Assembly: GCA_012862495.1 (NCBI GenBank) | Contig: BLSG01000102.1 | Coordinates: 9,447 to 73,446 of the forward strand | From: Thraustochytrium aureum | Lineage: Eukaryota | Length of the DNA stretch: 64,000 bases | Direction of reading: 5' to 3' | In this document: in pieces, positions 11,667 to 23,909 of the stretch | Numbering within the stretch: the stretch's first letter is position 1 | How the letters are laid out: each line of letters opens with the position of its first letter | Translations under genes and position numbers: made by a program | The notes under the pieces: generated by a model | Seen by the model: the letters and a program-made list of their open reading frames with translations, nothing else | The model's database searches: none | Told to the model about the DNA's origin: nothing

Positions 11667-13851
11667 ATGAACGAGCTGCTAAACGGGCGACTGCCGCGGC
11701 GCGCCAGCCTCGGCGAGCTAGCCGCTGGGAGAAAAGACGAATGGGCGGCTAAGCGGCCGGGCAGCGCCGGCATTCAGGAGCGCATCGACGGATCCAAGGG
11801 AAAGGACAGCAAGGCGCAGCGGGCGGATCGCCGCAGCAGGCGGCACAAGAGCCTTCCGGGGACCATGCCGAACGCGCGGAGCGGAGCGGAAGAGAACCGG
11901 CGGAGCAGCAGCAACGTGAAACCTGCTGAGCCACAACTGGCCGAGCTTGAAGCGCTCGTAGCCAAGCTCGAGCAAGAAAACGAGCGCCTTCGCTCGTCAG
12001 CCAAGCGCTGGAAGCGCCGATACGAGCAAGAAACGCAAGTGAACGAGGAACTTGGTCGTCGTGTGAGACGCTGGAAAGCTGAGTGCGGTCGCGCTCAGTC
12101 CGAGGCCGCCTCGCTTAGGGACCTCCTGAGCAAACAAGACCACGCTCTTCTGCGCTTCTCCCCCGTCTCGTCGCTCGAGTCGCCCTTCGAGTGCAGCGAC
12201 ATCCTGGCGCAGGTCACAGAGGGGCTTTGCGAGCGCAACTCCGCAGACAGAGTAAGCCCAGGCGCAGAAATCGCTCGCGGAGAACGACGGGGCAAGCGAA
12301 TCGGGCCCACGAGCAGCGCTGCTCTTGAGGCCCTCTCGTTCCAGTCGCCCGAGCGCCCCGGCGAGCAGTCGCTGCCTCTGCCTCTGCCGCTTGAAATAGC
12401 AGCTTGCGGACCTGAGTCTGTGAGCGGGGACACGCTCGAGGAGCCTCTCTTCTCTCACGTCCTTATCGTCGAACGAGACGCGGAGACAGCCACATTTTGT
12501 TGGCCCCCAGACGACGAAGACACTGTTCCCCGCGAACGTGGCGCAGTTCTGCTTTCCGGCTCAACACGTCGGCGGGCCGTTTCCAGCGGACAGCGACGAT
12601 GACGACGCGCGGCCTCGTGACTTCCGAGAAGAAGTCTTTGTCTTTGTGCTGAGCGGTGACTGTGCGGCGCCGCTGACGCCAAGCTTTTCCTGCATTGACG
12701 GCGCCACCTTTGGGGTTTGCCTTCCGCAGGATCGCGACACGTGTTTTTGCGTCCTTTCAAAGCATCCCTATTTTGATGCGCACTGCCACGTGCTGGAGCG
12801 TCTCGCCTCGGCCAATGGCCCAGGCGAGCTGGTCCAGTTTTTAATCGACCTCCAAGACGACCTCGATGGTGTCGACTTTGCCCGTGCAGGTCCCGGCTTC
12901 ACGCTTACGCGCCCCACGTTGTCATGGGCGTGGCCCGTTGGCGCGCGCAACCGAATGGACCTCTTGTCTGAGTGGGGCCTCACCACGCTTCTGCGCCGGC
13001 TTCCGCTGGACCAGGTTTTATTCTTGGTCGGCTGCCTGCTCTTGGAACTCAAGGTCGTCCTGGTTTCCGCCAACCTCTCGCGGTTGTCGGCATCTGCGCT
13101 GGGCCTCTTGCCGCTTCTCCGGCCGTTCCAATGGGTGCAGCCATTTATCCCCGTTCTTCCCGAGGGCTTAGCAACCGTCTGTGATGCCCCCGTGCCGGTT
13201 TTCGTTGGCACGGCCGCGGTACCTGAAGAGGTGACTGCAGACGACGGTATGGAGGCACCTTCGCCAAAGGCCGTGGCGACCTTTGCCCGAGCGGACGACG
13301 GCCGGCAGGAGGCAGTCATCGTACACCTCGATGCAGGCCACCTCGAACTCAGCAAGGCGCTGTCCACGTCGTATCATGCGCTCAAGCTTCCTGGGCTCAG
13401 TCACCTCTGCGCTGAGAGCACATTATCAAGCGCGGACGAGCTGCCGCGGCTCGTACGCAACCACATCGCCGAGCTGCTCGGGGCGTGCAAGCATTTCGGG
13501 CAGACCACGTCGACCTTGGCGGCCGCGAGTTCGCTTCCGCCGCGGGCGCAGCGCGCCGCCGAGGACCGTCTAGCAGCGATGGTTCCATGGCTGGGCGAAG
13601 ACTCGGCGGTGTCGCCGCCGTGGCAATATCTCGCGCGCTTGCAGACAACGCAAATGTACATGCAGTGGCAAGAAACCAACCACACGGCATTGGACGGGAG
13701 CCTCCGTTTCAGCATCACCGCCCTATTGTCGCCTTCGGAAGGGGCTGAGTCGGGCGATCTTGCCTTGCGCCACAAAAAGGCCCCGGTCAGGCCCGGCAAG
13801 CGTCGCGACGATGCACAGGACGAGGACGAGGACGAGGATGACGACCTCTGA
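11667..13851 (+). CDS. DENN-domain protein (putative Rab GEF) with N-terminal coiled coil
   Basis: FCFP, FVFVLS, FGVCL, CFCVLSKHPYFDAH, LLLELKVVLVS, LLRPFQWVQPFIPVLP, DAPVPVFVG, TQMY; frameshift near 12535. Confidence 0.85.
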
Positions 13852-14594
13852 GCCATCCAAACCCCTGTCAGTTGCGGCAGGTTGACGTTCTGTCTCCTCC
13901 AGCACCCCGTGGGAGGCATTTATAATCCATGTGGTTGGGGGTGTTACTCTACGTAGCGCTAAAAGACGGGAGGTGCGACCTCAAAAGCAAAGTGGAAAAT
14001 GGTCATGACTCCCTGTCCTTTCTCTCCCGATGCAGCAGCCGCGTCCGGAGCGCAGCACGTATATCTGTTGTCTACAAGCTACCTGTAGACCATCCGAGCT
14101 CGCAAACCCCCCTTGGAGGTTGGCGTGGGGCTTCCGGTCCACACGAGTCGGTTGAAGAGTATTTTGTAGCGGTGATGATTCTATCGCTGCTGCTCGTCCC
14201 GCGGCGGCATCTCAGAGCACGCAATCCCTCGAGCAAGTCGCCGAGTCCAATTAAGAGAGTAACACCACCAACCACATGGAGTATCCACGAACGGGCTCGA
14301 CCGAGTACTCACGATCAGGAGTTCACCGAGGTCTCGGGGTCCTCGCGTGCGTCGAGACTGCAATTTGCAGCGAATGGTGTCGCTTCGGAGAGAAGCTTCT
14401 GCTTCGGGATTGATTCGTTCGGATGTCGCCGCACGGGCAGACGCGCTCCACGAAGAGGCACTCGTGCGCAGACTCACTGACGCAGCAGCGCTCCAGAGAC
14501 CCGCAGCACAGAGACCCGGTCGCTCGTGGATAGATCCATAGAGGGCAGGCTTGCGCGCTTGGCTGGGTGGTCTGGGCGGCACAGGAAGGCAAAG

Positions 14595-15662
14595 ATGGGG
14601 TTCGTGACGAAGGCGGTCGTGGTCGCCGCGGCCGTGGCGGTCATCAGCTTGCTCGCGTCGTCAGCAATGGACGGCAAGGCGCGCATGTATGTGCCCAGCC
14701 CGAGGTTCCTGCTGAAGGACATGCCGCGCCTGGATGGCAAGGTGTGCATGGTCACGGGGGCCAACACCGGGCTCGGCCTCGCGACGGCCACCGAACTCGC
14801 ACGCGCCGGCGCCACTGTGTATGTTGCCGCCCGCTCGCCGGCCAAGCAGGAGGAGACGAAAGCGAAGATCGTCCAGGCGGTCGGCCAGGCGAGCGCCAAC
14901 CTTGTAAATACCCTTCCCGTCGGCCTTGACCTGGGCTCGTTCAAGTCGATCAGAGCCTACGTCGAGGCGTTCCAGGCCACGGGCGAGGCGCTCAATGTGC
15001 TTGTGAACAACGCCGGCATCATGATGACGCCATATGGCAAAACCGAGGACGGCATCGAGCAGCAGTTTGGCGTGAACCACGTCGGGCACTTTTTGCTGAC
15101 AATTTCGCTGATGCCCGAGTTGGAGCGCGGGCAGCCGTCTCGCGTCGTGTCGGTGTCGAGCGCGGGGCACAACTTTGCGCCGAAAACCGATGTTTTTGGC
15201 AAGCTGGACGACCCCGACGCGTACAGCCCGGTCACCGCATACGGGATCAGCAAGCTGGCGAACATTCTCTTCACGAGCGAGCTTCAGCGCCGCGTCGGGG
15301 ACAAGAAAATCTTCTGCAACTCTGTGCACCCGGGCTTTGTGCAGACCGAGCTCGGCCGCCACATCGAGGACGCGCTCAAGGGCTATCTCCCGGAAACGGT
15401 GGTGCGCCGGGTCGCCGATGGTTTCGCTGGCTCGATGGCGCTGAACTCAACCGAGGGGGCGCTAACGCAGCTTTTCCTCGCGGCCAGCCCACGCGTCGAG
15501 GCGGAAGGGATCAAGGGCCGCTACTACGTGCCGACTGCGCGCGACGCGGTGAGCGACGGGTTTGTTCTGTCGCCAGGGTACTCGCCGGCCAGCCAGGACG
15601 CAGAGCTCGCGGCGACGCTGTGGGCGCTCTCCGTCAAGCTCACCGGCGTTGACCTCAAGTAG
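14595..15662 (+). CDS. Short-chain dehydrogenase/reductase, retinol dehydrogenase (RDH11-14/WWOX)-like, with N-terminal membrane anchor
   Basis: TGANTGLG, NNAGIM, QFGVNHVGHFLLT, catalytic YGISKLAN, HPGFVQT. Confidence 0.95.
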   Translation: MGFVTKAVVVAAAVAVISLLASSAMDGKARMYVPSPRFLLKDMPRLDGKVCMVTGANTGLGLATATELARAGATVYVAARSPAKQEETKAKIVQAVGQASANLVNTLPVGLDLGSFKSIRAYVEAFQATGEALNVLVNNAGIMMTPYGKTEDGIEQQFGVNHVGHFLLTISLMPELERGQPSRVVSVSSAGHNFAPKTDVFGKLDDPDAYSPVTAYGISKLANILFTSELQRRVGDKKIFCNSVHPGFVQTELGRHIEDALKGYLPETVVRRVADGFAGSMALNSTEGALTQLFLAASPRVEAEGIKGRYYVPTARDAVSDGFVLSPGYSPASQDAELAATLWALSVKLTGVDLK

Positions 15663-16037
15663 TTGGGCGTGGACGGGCCGCTGGGCATTCCTGAGATGCG
15701 AGGCAGGTAGCCTTGCAGAGAATAAAAGCAACCGACGGGCCCTGAGTACTTAGTCGCCATTAACGATCAGAACAGAAGGTTCGAGAGTGCCACTTGGTTC
15801 GACCAGCGGAGGGCGCGCCTTCCGTCCGTCGCGCCTTCCGTCTCGCCGACAACATGGAGAAGATCAGAACGGAATCCAGCAAAAGGTTGAATTTTAGAAA
15901 AATGCTGTGCTGTGCTGCTCGACGACTGCGCCGGCGCAGCTTGGCCGTGATCTTTGGCCGGGTCCTGCCGATTGCAACATGTATGCAGATTCTCCGGAGG
16001 TCGAACGAGAGAAGACAGGGGTCACCGCCTCACCCAC

Positions 16038-17210
16038 TCAGAGCCGGTGACTCGGCAGCAGCACAAAAGTCGCTCTCCCGTGTGCCACTAACGGCATATT
16101 TGAGAGTTGAAGGGGCGCGGAGAGCAGCCCTTCGCAGCGCCCAACCTCAAAGACGGAAGGCGACGCTGTCGTCGATCCAAGCGCCTCTGCGGGCCCAACG
16201 CGGGGAATCGCATAAACGCGAGTCTCGGCGAGAATCTTGCGCGAGCTGGGCTCCTTCTCTGCAATACTGGTGCACATGTAAAGCGTGGCTGCTTCCGCGT
16301 CGTCTTCCGTGAACCAAACGCGGCGGGCGAAGTGGACCTCAAGCTGCGCAGTTACGAGCGCCGACTGGTGCGACCGATTCACGCAAGCCCCCATCGCCTC
16401 ATCGATGGCAGTAAACAGAGCGCCCTCGGAGACGATGGGGAGCCCAGAAGCGTCCGAGACAGCATCCCGAGAGCAATGCAGCAATGCGTGCATGAATCGC
16501 GGGTTTGCTGCGCGCCAATACGCTTCACAAAGCAGCCGCGCGCCCCTCGTGAAACTCAAAGTGCCTCTCTCGCAATCTCGGGTCGACGAAGCGAGCTACG
16601 GCAAAATCGGGCATTGCGACTTGCTCGAGATTCTTCTGGAGCCAAGCTCGCCAAGCAGAGGCCCAGTTCGACGGCGACACGAGGCGGGTCTCGTTGGCGT
16701 GCTTGTGCCGGGCATGGACGTTCTCACACAGAATTTCGCACGTCGACAGCTCCGTTCCACTTTCAAGCAGGCTCAGCGAGCCCCTGCAGAGCTGAACAAG
16801 GCAACCTGTGTCGAAAGGTTCCGAATCTCCCGATCGACCTGGTTGTGCGTCAGCCGGCTGCTCGCGCGAAGTCACGCGAAGCGCGAGCTCAGCCCGGAGC
16901 GGCGTTTTGACCTTGTAGTCCACGCGCACGCGCCGCACTGCGACATTGTCGCTCTCCTTTGCGGTTGGAAACGCCAGGAAGACTGCCCCGATCGCGCCTC
17001 CGTGTGCGCACCCTGGAAAGCGGCGGCCGGCCGACCCAAGCACCTGGGCGTCAGTCTTCTGCAACCGCCAGCGCCCGGCCGCGGCGCGCACTCACCTGGA
17101 ACGCCTCGCGCGAGGTCCGTGAACCTCACAAGCGCTCTGCAGCCACGCGCACTGCCTCCGTCCACCTGCACCCGCTTCGCGTCACCTCGAACGTAGCCTC
17201 GGCGGGCCAT
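16038..17210 (-). CDS. Double hot-dog acyl-CoA thioesterase-like protein (PaaI/THEM4-like)
   Basis: Splicing intron 17095-17013 gives GVPGCAHGGAIGA; second hot-dog domain EGALFTAIDEAMG..VTAQLEVHF..VAHGRATFV; frameshift near 16555. Confidence 0.75.
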
Positions 17211-17539
17211 CGCTGCGCCTTCCGGCCGCGCGTCGAAACGTCGTGCCGGTCAGCGAAGGGCGCCAGCCAGCACCGGCAGCGGCCCTGGCCGCTCTGCGCA
17301 GTGGCCGCCCTGCTCGCTCCCGCCGCCGCCGTCAGGGCAACGGAGCGTCTGCAGGTGTCTTGCGGGTCTGCTTCCGTCCATGGCGACGTACATGGCGAGG
17401 CACGCCACCACCTCCTGGCCACGGCGTGCGCGCCAGTCGCCGTGCGCCGGAGCTTGCTTGGCACGCAGCGACTGCGCGCGCGAGCCGCCGAGCACCACCG
17501 AGGGCCACTGCGCCGTGCGCGCACCGTCGGCGCAAAGAG

Positions 17540-17597
17540 AGATGGATGGATGGATGGATGGATGTGTGGACGATGGATGGGACGAATGAACGGATGG
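17540..17597. repeat. (GGAT)n microsatellite next to a gap; complementary (CATC)n at 60167-60200 and (CAAA)n at 51217-51263
   Basis: Directly visible. Confidence 0.85.
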
Positions 17598-18445
17598 ANN
17601 NNNNNNNNNNNNNNNNNNNNNNNNNNNNNNNNNNNNNNNNNNNNNNNNNNNNNNNNNNNNNNNNNNNNNNNNNNNNNNNNNNNNNNNNNNNNNNNNNNNN
17701 NNNNNNNNNNNNNNNNNNNNNNNNNNNNNNNNNNNNNNNNNNNNNNNNNNNNNNNNNNNNNNNNNNNNNNNNNNNNNNNNNNNNNNNNNNNNNNNNNNNN
17801 NNNNNNNNNNNNNNNNNNNNNNNNNNNNNNNNNNNNNNNNNNNNNNNNNNNNNNNNNNNNNNNNNNNNNNNNNNNNNNNNNNNNNNNNNNNNNNNNNNNN
17901 NNNNNNNNNNNNNNNNNNNNNNNNNNNNNNNNNNNNNNNNNNNNNNNNNNNNNNNNNNNNNNNNNNNNNNNNNNNNNNNNNNNNNNNNNNNNNNNNNNNN
18001 NNNNNNNNNNNNNNNNNNNNNNNNNNNNNNNNNNNNNNNNNNNNNNNNNNNNNNNNNNNNNNNNNNNNNNNNNNNNNNNNNNNNNNNNNNNNNNNNNNNN
18101 NNNNNNNNNNNNNNNNNNNNNNNNNNNNNNNNNNNNNNNNNNNNNNNNNNNNNNNNNNNNNNNNNNNNNNNNNNNNNNNNNNNNNNNNNNNNNNNNNNNN
18201 NNNNNNNNNNNNNNNNNNNNNNNNNNNNNNNNNNNNNNNNNNNNNNNNNNNNNNNNNNNNNNNNNNNNNNNNNNNNNNNNNNNNNNNNNNNNNNNNNNNN
18301 NNNNNNNNNNNNNNNNNNNNNNNNNNNNNNNNNNNNNNNNNNNNNNNNNNNNNNNNNNNNNNNNNNNNNNNNNNNNNNNNNNNNNNNNNNNNNNNNNNNN
18401 NNNNNNNNNNNNNNNNNNNNNNNNNNNNNNNNNNNNNNNNNNNNA

Positions 18446-20597
18446 CTCTGACGAGGACGACGAGGACAGCAGCGGCGCGCGCGGCCTGGACAGCGACCTC
18501 GGCCTCTGTGACGACGAGGAGGACGCGCTGGGCCGCGAGTTGTACGGCGTGAAAGGGCTGCGCCAGCACAAACGCCGCAACAGCAACGCCTCGTCGCGCA
18601 TGTCCATGGAGAGCCGCCAATCGGGCCGAAGCGCGCACTCTCGGCGCCGTCGCAGCTTTGAAGACCGTCTCCACGTCAACATGAACTTGTTCCGGCCGAG
18701 CTTTTTCCCCTTTGTGGTGACCAACAACGACGGGGCGCGCACCTTTTGCGCAGTGGTCTGCTTCCTTCAGACGACCGAAGACGACCACGTCGAGGGGCGC
18801 TGCATCGCACTTCTCTCGCGCGTGCCCCTCTTGAGCATCCACCGCGAGATCCTCTTTGACCTGTTCGCGGTGGGGATGGGCTATGTGGACCAAACCCGGG
18901 CACCGACAGTTCGCCAGATGCTGGACAGCATCGTTGGGAAGGAGATCGGCCTCCCCGGCCAGCAGGGCGTAGCGATCGACATTGGGACAAGGTACATCAC
19001 CTTCACGTGCCCCCCGCCGCTCTCGCTGCCCGTTGTCGATGAGCTGTGCTTTGACGCGCTGCTGACCTGCCTCCGGCCAGAAAACATTGCCGCGCTGCTT
19101 TCTGCCCTCTGGACAGAGTACCCGGTTCTCTTGATGAGCCAAGAGGTCCAGCTCCTCACACTCTGCTCGCACGCCCTGCTGGCGCTCATCTTTCCTTTCG
19201 AGTGGTACCACCCGTTCATCCCGATCCTCCCGCTGGACATGATTGACATCGTCGAAGCCCCGTTCCCCTTCCTGATTGGGATCCACTCGGCCTACTTTGA
19301 GGCCGTCAGCGCGGATCGGATAAGCACAATTCTCGTCGTCAACCTGGACCGGGACTCTGTAATTCGCCCGATGGACTCGAGCCAGCCGCACCTCTCAGGC
19401 AAGTGGGGCTCGCTGTCATCGATGCCCTCCGTCGCCTCGGCGTCCTCGGATGGGGCTAAACGCCTCTCCTCGGCGCGCTCGTTCACAGAGGCGGGAGCCA
19501 TCCTGGGCCACGGGGCAGAGATGCCAGCCATGCCGCAGGGCCACCTCACGCAGATCGAGCACGCCGTGTTCGAGTCGCTCCCGCCGGTGAAGTCTCGCTT
19601 GGCGCCCGCAACCTTTACCAGTATCGTTTGCACCCCTGCTCGCAAGGTCGGCGCAGCCGGCGAGACAGTTGAAGAGGTTGAAGCAAACAGGGCGCGCGAC
19701 GCAGAGCTCTCTGCGGCGAGCCCAGGGCGCTCGAGCGTTGAGAACCGGTCCGCCAACGGGGAGAGTGCTGGCCCCAGTCTGCCGCTCGGCGCCGAGGCAG
19801 AGCTGCCCCGCCCGCCTCCCATGTCCTTCAAGGTCCTCCCCCCACCGATTAGCCCGGGATCCCGTTTGAGCGGCGCTCGCTCGGAAGGCAGCCCTCACTT
19901 TGCGTCCGGGACTGGCGCGGCGCGCTCCGACCTCGCGCTGGTCCGCTCGTTTGGAATCCCGGGCGTAAGGTCGACGTGCCTCAAGGTGATTATCGATCTC
20001 ATCGGGCGTTTCGGAAACAGCCACTTTGCGACTGACAAGCTGGCCGCGTTCATCGGCAAGCAGGAGCTGGAGCGGCAGCCGTTCCTCCACGCCTTCTTCG
20101 CGACTCAAATGTGGGCGTCGTTCCAGCGCGAGCTTGAGGATGGTGGCCGAAGCCAGCAGCGCGACTTTGAGCTGCAGCTCTTCAACAACGTGCTGGACGC
20201 TGAGCTGCAGAACGAGCGCCTTGTTGTTCGAGCTTTGCGCCTATACGTTCATGAGGCCCCCGACACGGCCTCCCGCATATTGCACGCTATCCAGCGCGGG
20301 GATAAGGTCACAGTCATTGACCGGCTAACGCTGCCGTCGCAGCACGTGTGGCTGCGTTTCCGCGAGTACAGGGGCTGGTGTATGTCGCGCCTTGAGGCCG
20401 ACTTTGCAATGGAGGAGGAGGATCGGCGCCAGCTCGAGCCCGTCAACCTGCACTTTACCAACAGCCAGATCTACCCTCGCCTCCAGCACCCGTCGGGCTT
20501 GGACCTGGACTATGCAGACATGTTCAAGCGCGTTCGCTTCAACAAGGTGTTTCCGGAGTTTTCAGCCCATCAGCACCCCCTGTACATCCCAGAGTAA
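18446..20597 (+). CDS. DENN-domain protein with C-terminal SH3-like domain; 5' end in gap
   Basis: FPFVVTNNDGARTFC, CIALLSRVP, ALIFPFEWYHPFIPILP, EAPFPFLIGIH, VNLD, dDENN FFATQMWASF. The apparent stop overlaps GTAAGT, so a further exon is possible. Confidence 0.9.
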
Positions 20598-22092
20598 GTA
20601 GGTAGGAAGCCCGTGTAGGTTGGCTCTCGTGTCCGGCAAGTCGTGTATTTTTGTTTCATCCCGAGGCGCGGTCTGCTCGATTATCCGTGTCGGTTGGCGT
20701 TGTGCGCTGCCAAGAGAATCCTCGAGCAGGGGCAGCTGGACCCTGCAGCGCAACCACACGCTTTGCACTGTCGAGAACCAATGGCTTCTGTAACGAAATT
20801 GAGCCTCGTCTTTCAGGAACGCCCGCATCGCCTGCTCGGTCCAAGATTGGCCTGGGACTCTGCAGACGTTGCGAGCTAGTCTACAACAACTGCCTGGGAT
20901 GGGAAAGAAAGGGCGGGTTGACCAGTGGGCGAGGCGACCGGGCCGGTTCGTAGAGTAGAGTAGGGTAGTACCTTGTCGTCTCGATCTGTGCAGCTCTGTT
21001 TTTGTTGCCTAGTTGCGTTAGTGCATCGCTCACTCCTTCTCTTCCCTACCTACGGCGAAACACGTTGCCAGGCCTCGCACCTCAGAGAGCTGCACTGGGC
21101 CGAGCTGCCAGTGCAGGACGAATCAAAAGTCAAACGATCTAGGAGTTCCCGTCTTGATCGATCGTTCTCGCAAACTCGCCGCCAGGCTGGCAACACTGGC
21201 AGCTCATGGTTTTGTCCAGTCTTGCACGCGCCGCGCCAAAGATTCAGCAAGCCCCTCTCTGGCGCCTCCACCGTTCGCCAACGTTTCGTTTGCGGTTCTC
21301 CAACGTTTCGTTTGCGGTTGCGGCTGCCAGTGCTCGCTGGTTTGCCGCGCCTGCCGCGCTGACTTGCCAATTTCCGACGTTCGCAAGCGACTCTGGCGAG
21401 GTGATTGCGGATCAAAACTCCAGGATGCGCCTGCAGCCTGTGCCGGTAGCGTGAGGATACCGGCAAGGAGGACTCCTCCCTTGGCAGGAAACCGGTCTGT
21501 GTTGCTGCCGTCCAACTTGCGAGGAGAAAGTACACTCTACTCGAGCCTACTTCGCTTACTCATGATTGATTGAGAACAGCACCGCCACGAGAACAGCACC
21601 GCCACGAGTACATACTCCGCACGCAAGACAAAGCGAGCATACTCCGCAGCGAAGACAGCGAGCAGTATTCGTCCATTGTTTCCAACTATTTCATCATCAA
21701 TCAATCAAGCAGAAGAATGTAAAACCCCCCGATTCCCCTTGAGCATGGGCATTCCGTTACGGCGCTGAACGCTATTTTCTATGACTGCAAAGTGAGCAGA
21801 GCGCCGATGCGTTGTGTTCGTGGCTTGGTCGCGCAGGACGAGTTCATCGTGACCTGCTCAGCACCAGGACGCTCTTGATCAAATGGGTTCTCAAACGAGC
21901 AGTTTTGCGAATCCAAACGCACAGGGATGCTCAAACCCCGAACAAGTGAAGCGCGCAGGAACGCTCGAAACGGTGAAGCCCCACACACGTTGGCAGCCTT
22001 TGCAACCAGCAATGGCAGACGAAAAACAAATTGCGACGGCACGCACATGTCAACCCGTCCCTTTCCCCATTTTCCTCTCTCTTTCATCAGAT

Positions 22093-22923
22093 TTACTTGT
22101 ACGCCTCCGGCTTGAGCACACCGACGAACGGCAGGCACCGGTAGTCCTCGTTAAAGTCCATCCCGTACCCCACAACAAACTCGTCCGGGCACTGGTAGCC
22201 GACATAGTCCACTGCCACGTCCGTCTCGGAGCGGTTGGTCTTCTTGTCCAGAAGGGTGCAGAGGCGCACCGAAGCGCACTTCTTTCGTCATCAGGTACGT
22301 CTGCAGCCACTTGAGAGTGTTGCCCGTGTCAATGAGGTCCTCAATGATCAGGACATGCTTGCCGCTCGGGTCATGGCTCAGGTCCTTCTTGAGCTTGACC
22401 ACGCCCGTCGAGGACGCACCAGAGTACGAGCTCAGGGCCATAAAGTCGATCTTGTATGGGATCAGCATGTTCTTCAGCAAGTCCGTCATAAAGCAGACCG
22501 CGCCGGTGAGGATTCCGACACAGATCAGGTCTTTGCCCTGGTAGTCCCTCGAAATGGTCAGAGCCATCTCCTTGACCTTGCGCTGGATCTCTGCCTCGGT
22601 GAAGATGACCTTGCCGATGTTGCTGGCCCACTCGGGCGGGCAGTTGCTCAGCGCCCTGCGCCATGGAGCGCCACGCGTCCGCTTGGTCAGTTCCAGCCGC
22701 GCGCCGCCCCGGCCGGCCCGCAACCCAGCAAGCCACGTGGCCACGTCGCCAAGCAGCCAACCTACCTGTGCAGCCTGGCCTCCTCGGCCGTGCCAGCGCT
22801 CAGCTCCCGCTGCCTCTGGCTCGGCTCAATCACTTTCCGTTGAATCAGGCTGACGACCTCGCGGAGCCCTTGTTCCAGCTCCACGTCGAGCACGACCTCG
22901 CTGGGCGCCGCCGCGTCCTCCAT
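22093..22923 (-). CDS. HPRT: Hypoxanthine(-guanine) phosphoribosyltransferase
   Basis: [18 protein letters not shown]-binding [14 protein letters not shown], then LLDK and FVVGYGMD after a frameshift near 22283; intron 22765-22656. Confidence 0.93.
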
Positions 22924-23634
22924 CGCCGCCGGGCCTTTCCTTCCGTTCGCGCGCGGCCCCAAAGCGGCTCCCTCGCGCTGCTTGCTGCCCACCGACCGAC
23001 TCAGCGTCTGCTTCCCTGCGTGCCTGCCTGCGTGCCTGCGTGCCTGCCTGCGTGCGTGNNNNNNNNNNNNNNNNNNNNNNNNNNNNNNNNNNNNNNNNNN
23101 NNNNNNNNNNNNNNNNNNNNNNNNNNNNNNNNNNNNNNNNNNNNNNNNNNNNNNNNNNNNNNNNNNNNNNNNNNNNNNNNNNNNNNNNNNNNNNNNNNNN
23201 NNNNNNNNNNNNNNNNNNNNNNNNNNNNNNNNNNNNNNNNNNNNNNNNNNNNNNNNNNNNNNNNNNNNNGTGTCTGTCGGTCGGTCGCTGCTCCAGTGGC
23301 AGGCACACGCGCGACCGCCGGCCGAGCCCCAGGTCACTAGGGACCCTACGTGGACTGGAGTTTCGTCGTGGGCCACGCGGACGCACGTCACTAGGGACTC
23401 GCTGTGATTTAGACCTGAATTTCAATACTTTGAGGCGGCGAAGGTGAGGTTGGATGCGGGGTCGCTCTTGACAGTCAGGTATAATGATATTGAATGTCAA
23501 TATTGGGAAGCCAGGTTTGCTCTGTTTGGTTATTGACCTTTGGCTGGGTGTCAAGATCGCCAGTTCGGTGTATTGAAACTCAGTAGTTATTGGCCTTGGA
23601 GCGCTCGTTGTGTCGCTGTGTGGGCAGATCCCGT

Positions 23635-23691
23635 TGGAGCAGGCGGTGCTGGAGCAGGCGGTGCTGGAGCTGCGGTGCTGGAGCTGCGGTG
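23635..23691. repeat. 14-15 bp tandem repeat (TGGAGC(AG/T)GCGGTGC) x4 upstream of exportin-6
   Basis: Directly visible tandem copies. Confidence 0.8.
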
Positions 23692-23909
23692 GGCAGGCTC
23701 GCGTCTGCGGGGAGGCCACGTGCTGCGCGTGGTTGTTTCGCTGGCTGTGGCGCTGGTTGCGGCGCGGTGTGCTTGCGCCTGCGGGGCCGCGCGCGTGGAC
23801 CCTTGCTTCCGATCGATCGCCTGCCGGCATTTCGAGCCTTGTCCTCCCTGGGCTACCTGTGCCGTTGCTGGCCTCAGGACGACTGCCGGGGCCGTCCGCC
23901 ACTAGCGGG

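Noticed and set aside
298..15662. Isoprenoid biosynthetic gene cluster (MVD + ABCC + SDR)
   Set aside because: Genes are interspersed with unrelated cytoskeletal and trafficking genes; no synthase or other pathway genes nearby.
23468..23485. TTGACA..TATAAT sigma70-like promoter
   Set aside because: Spacer is only 6 bp (about 17 needed) and the DNA is eukaryotic; coincidence.
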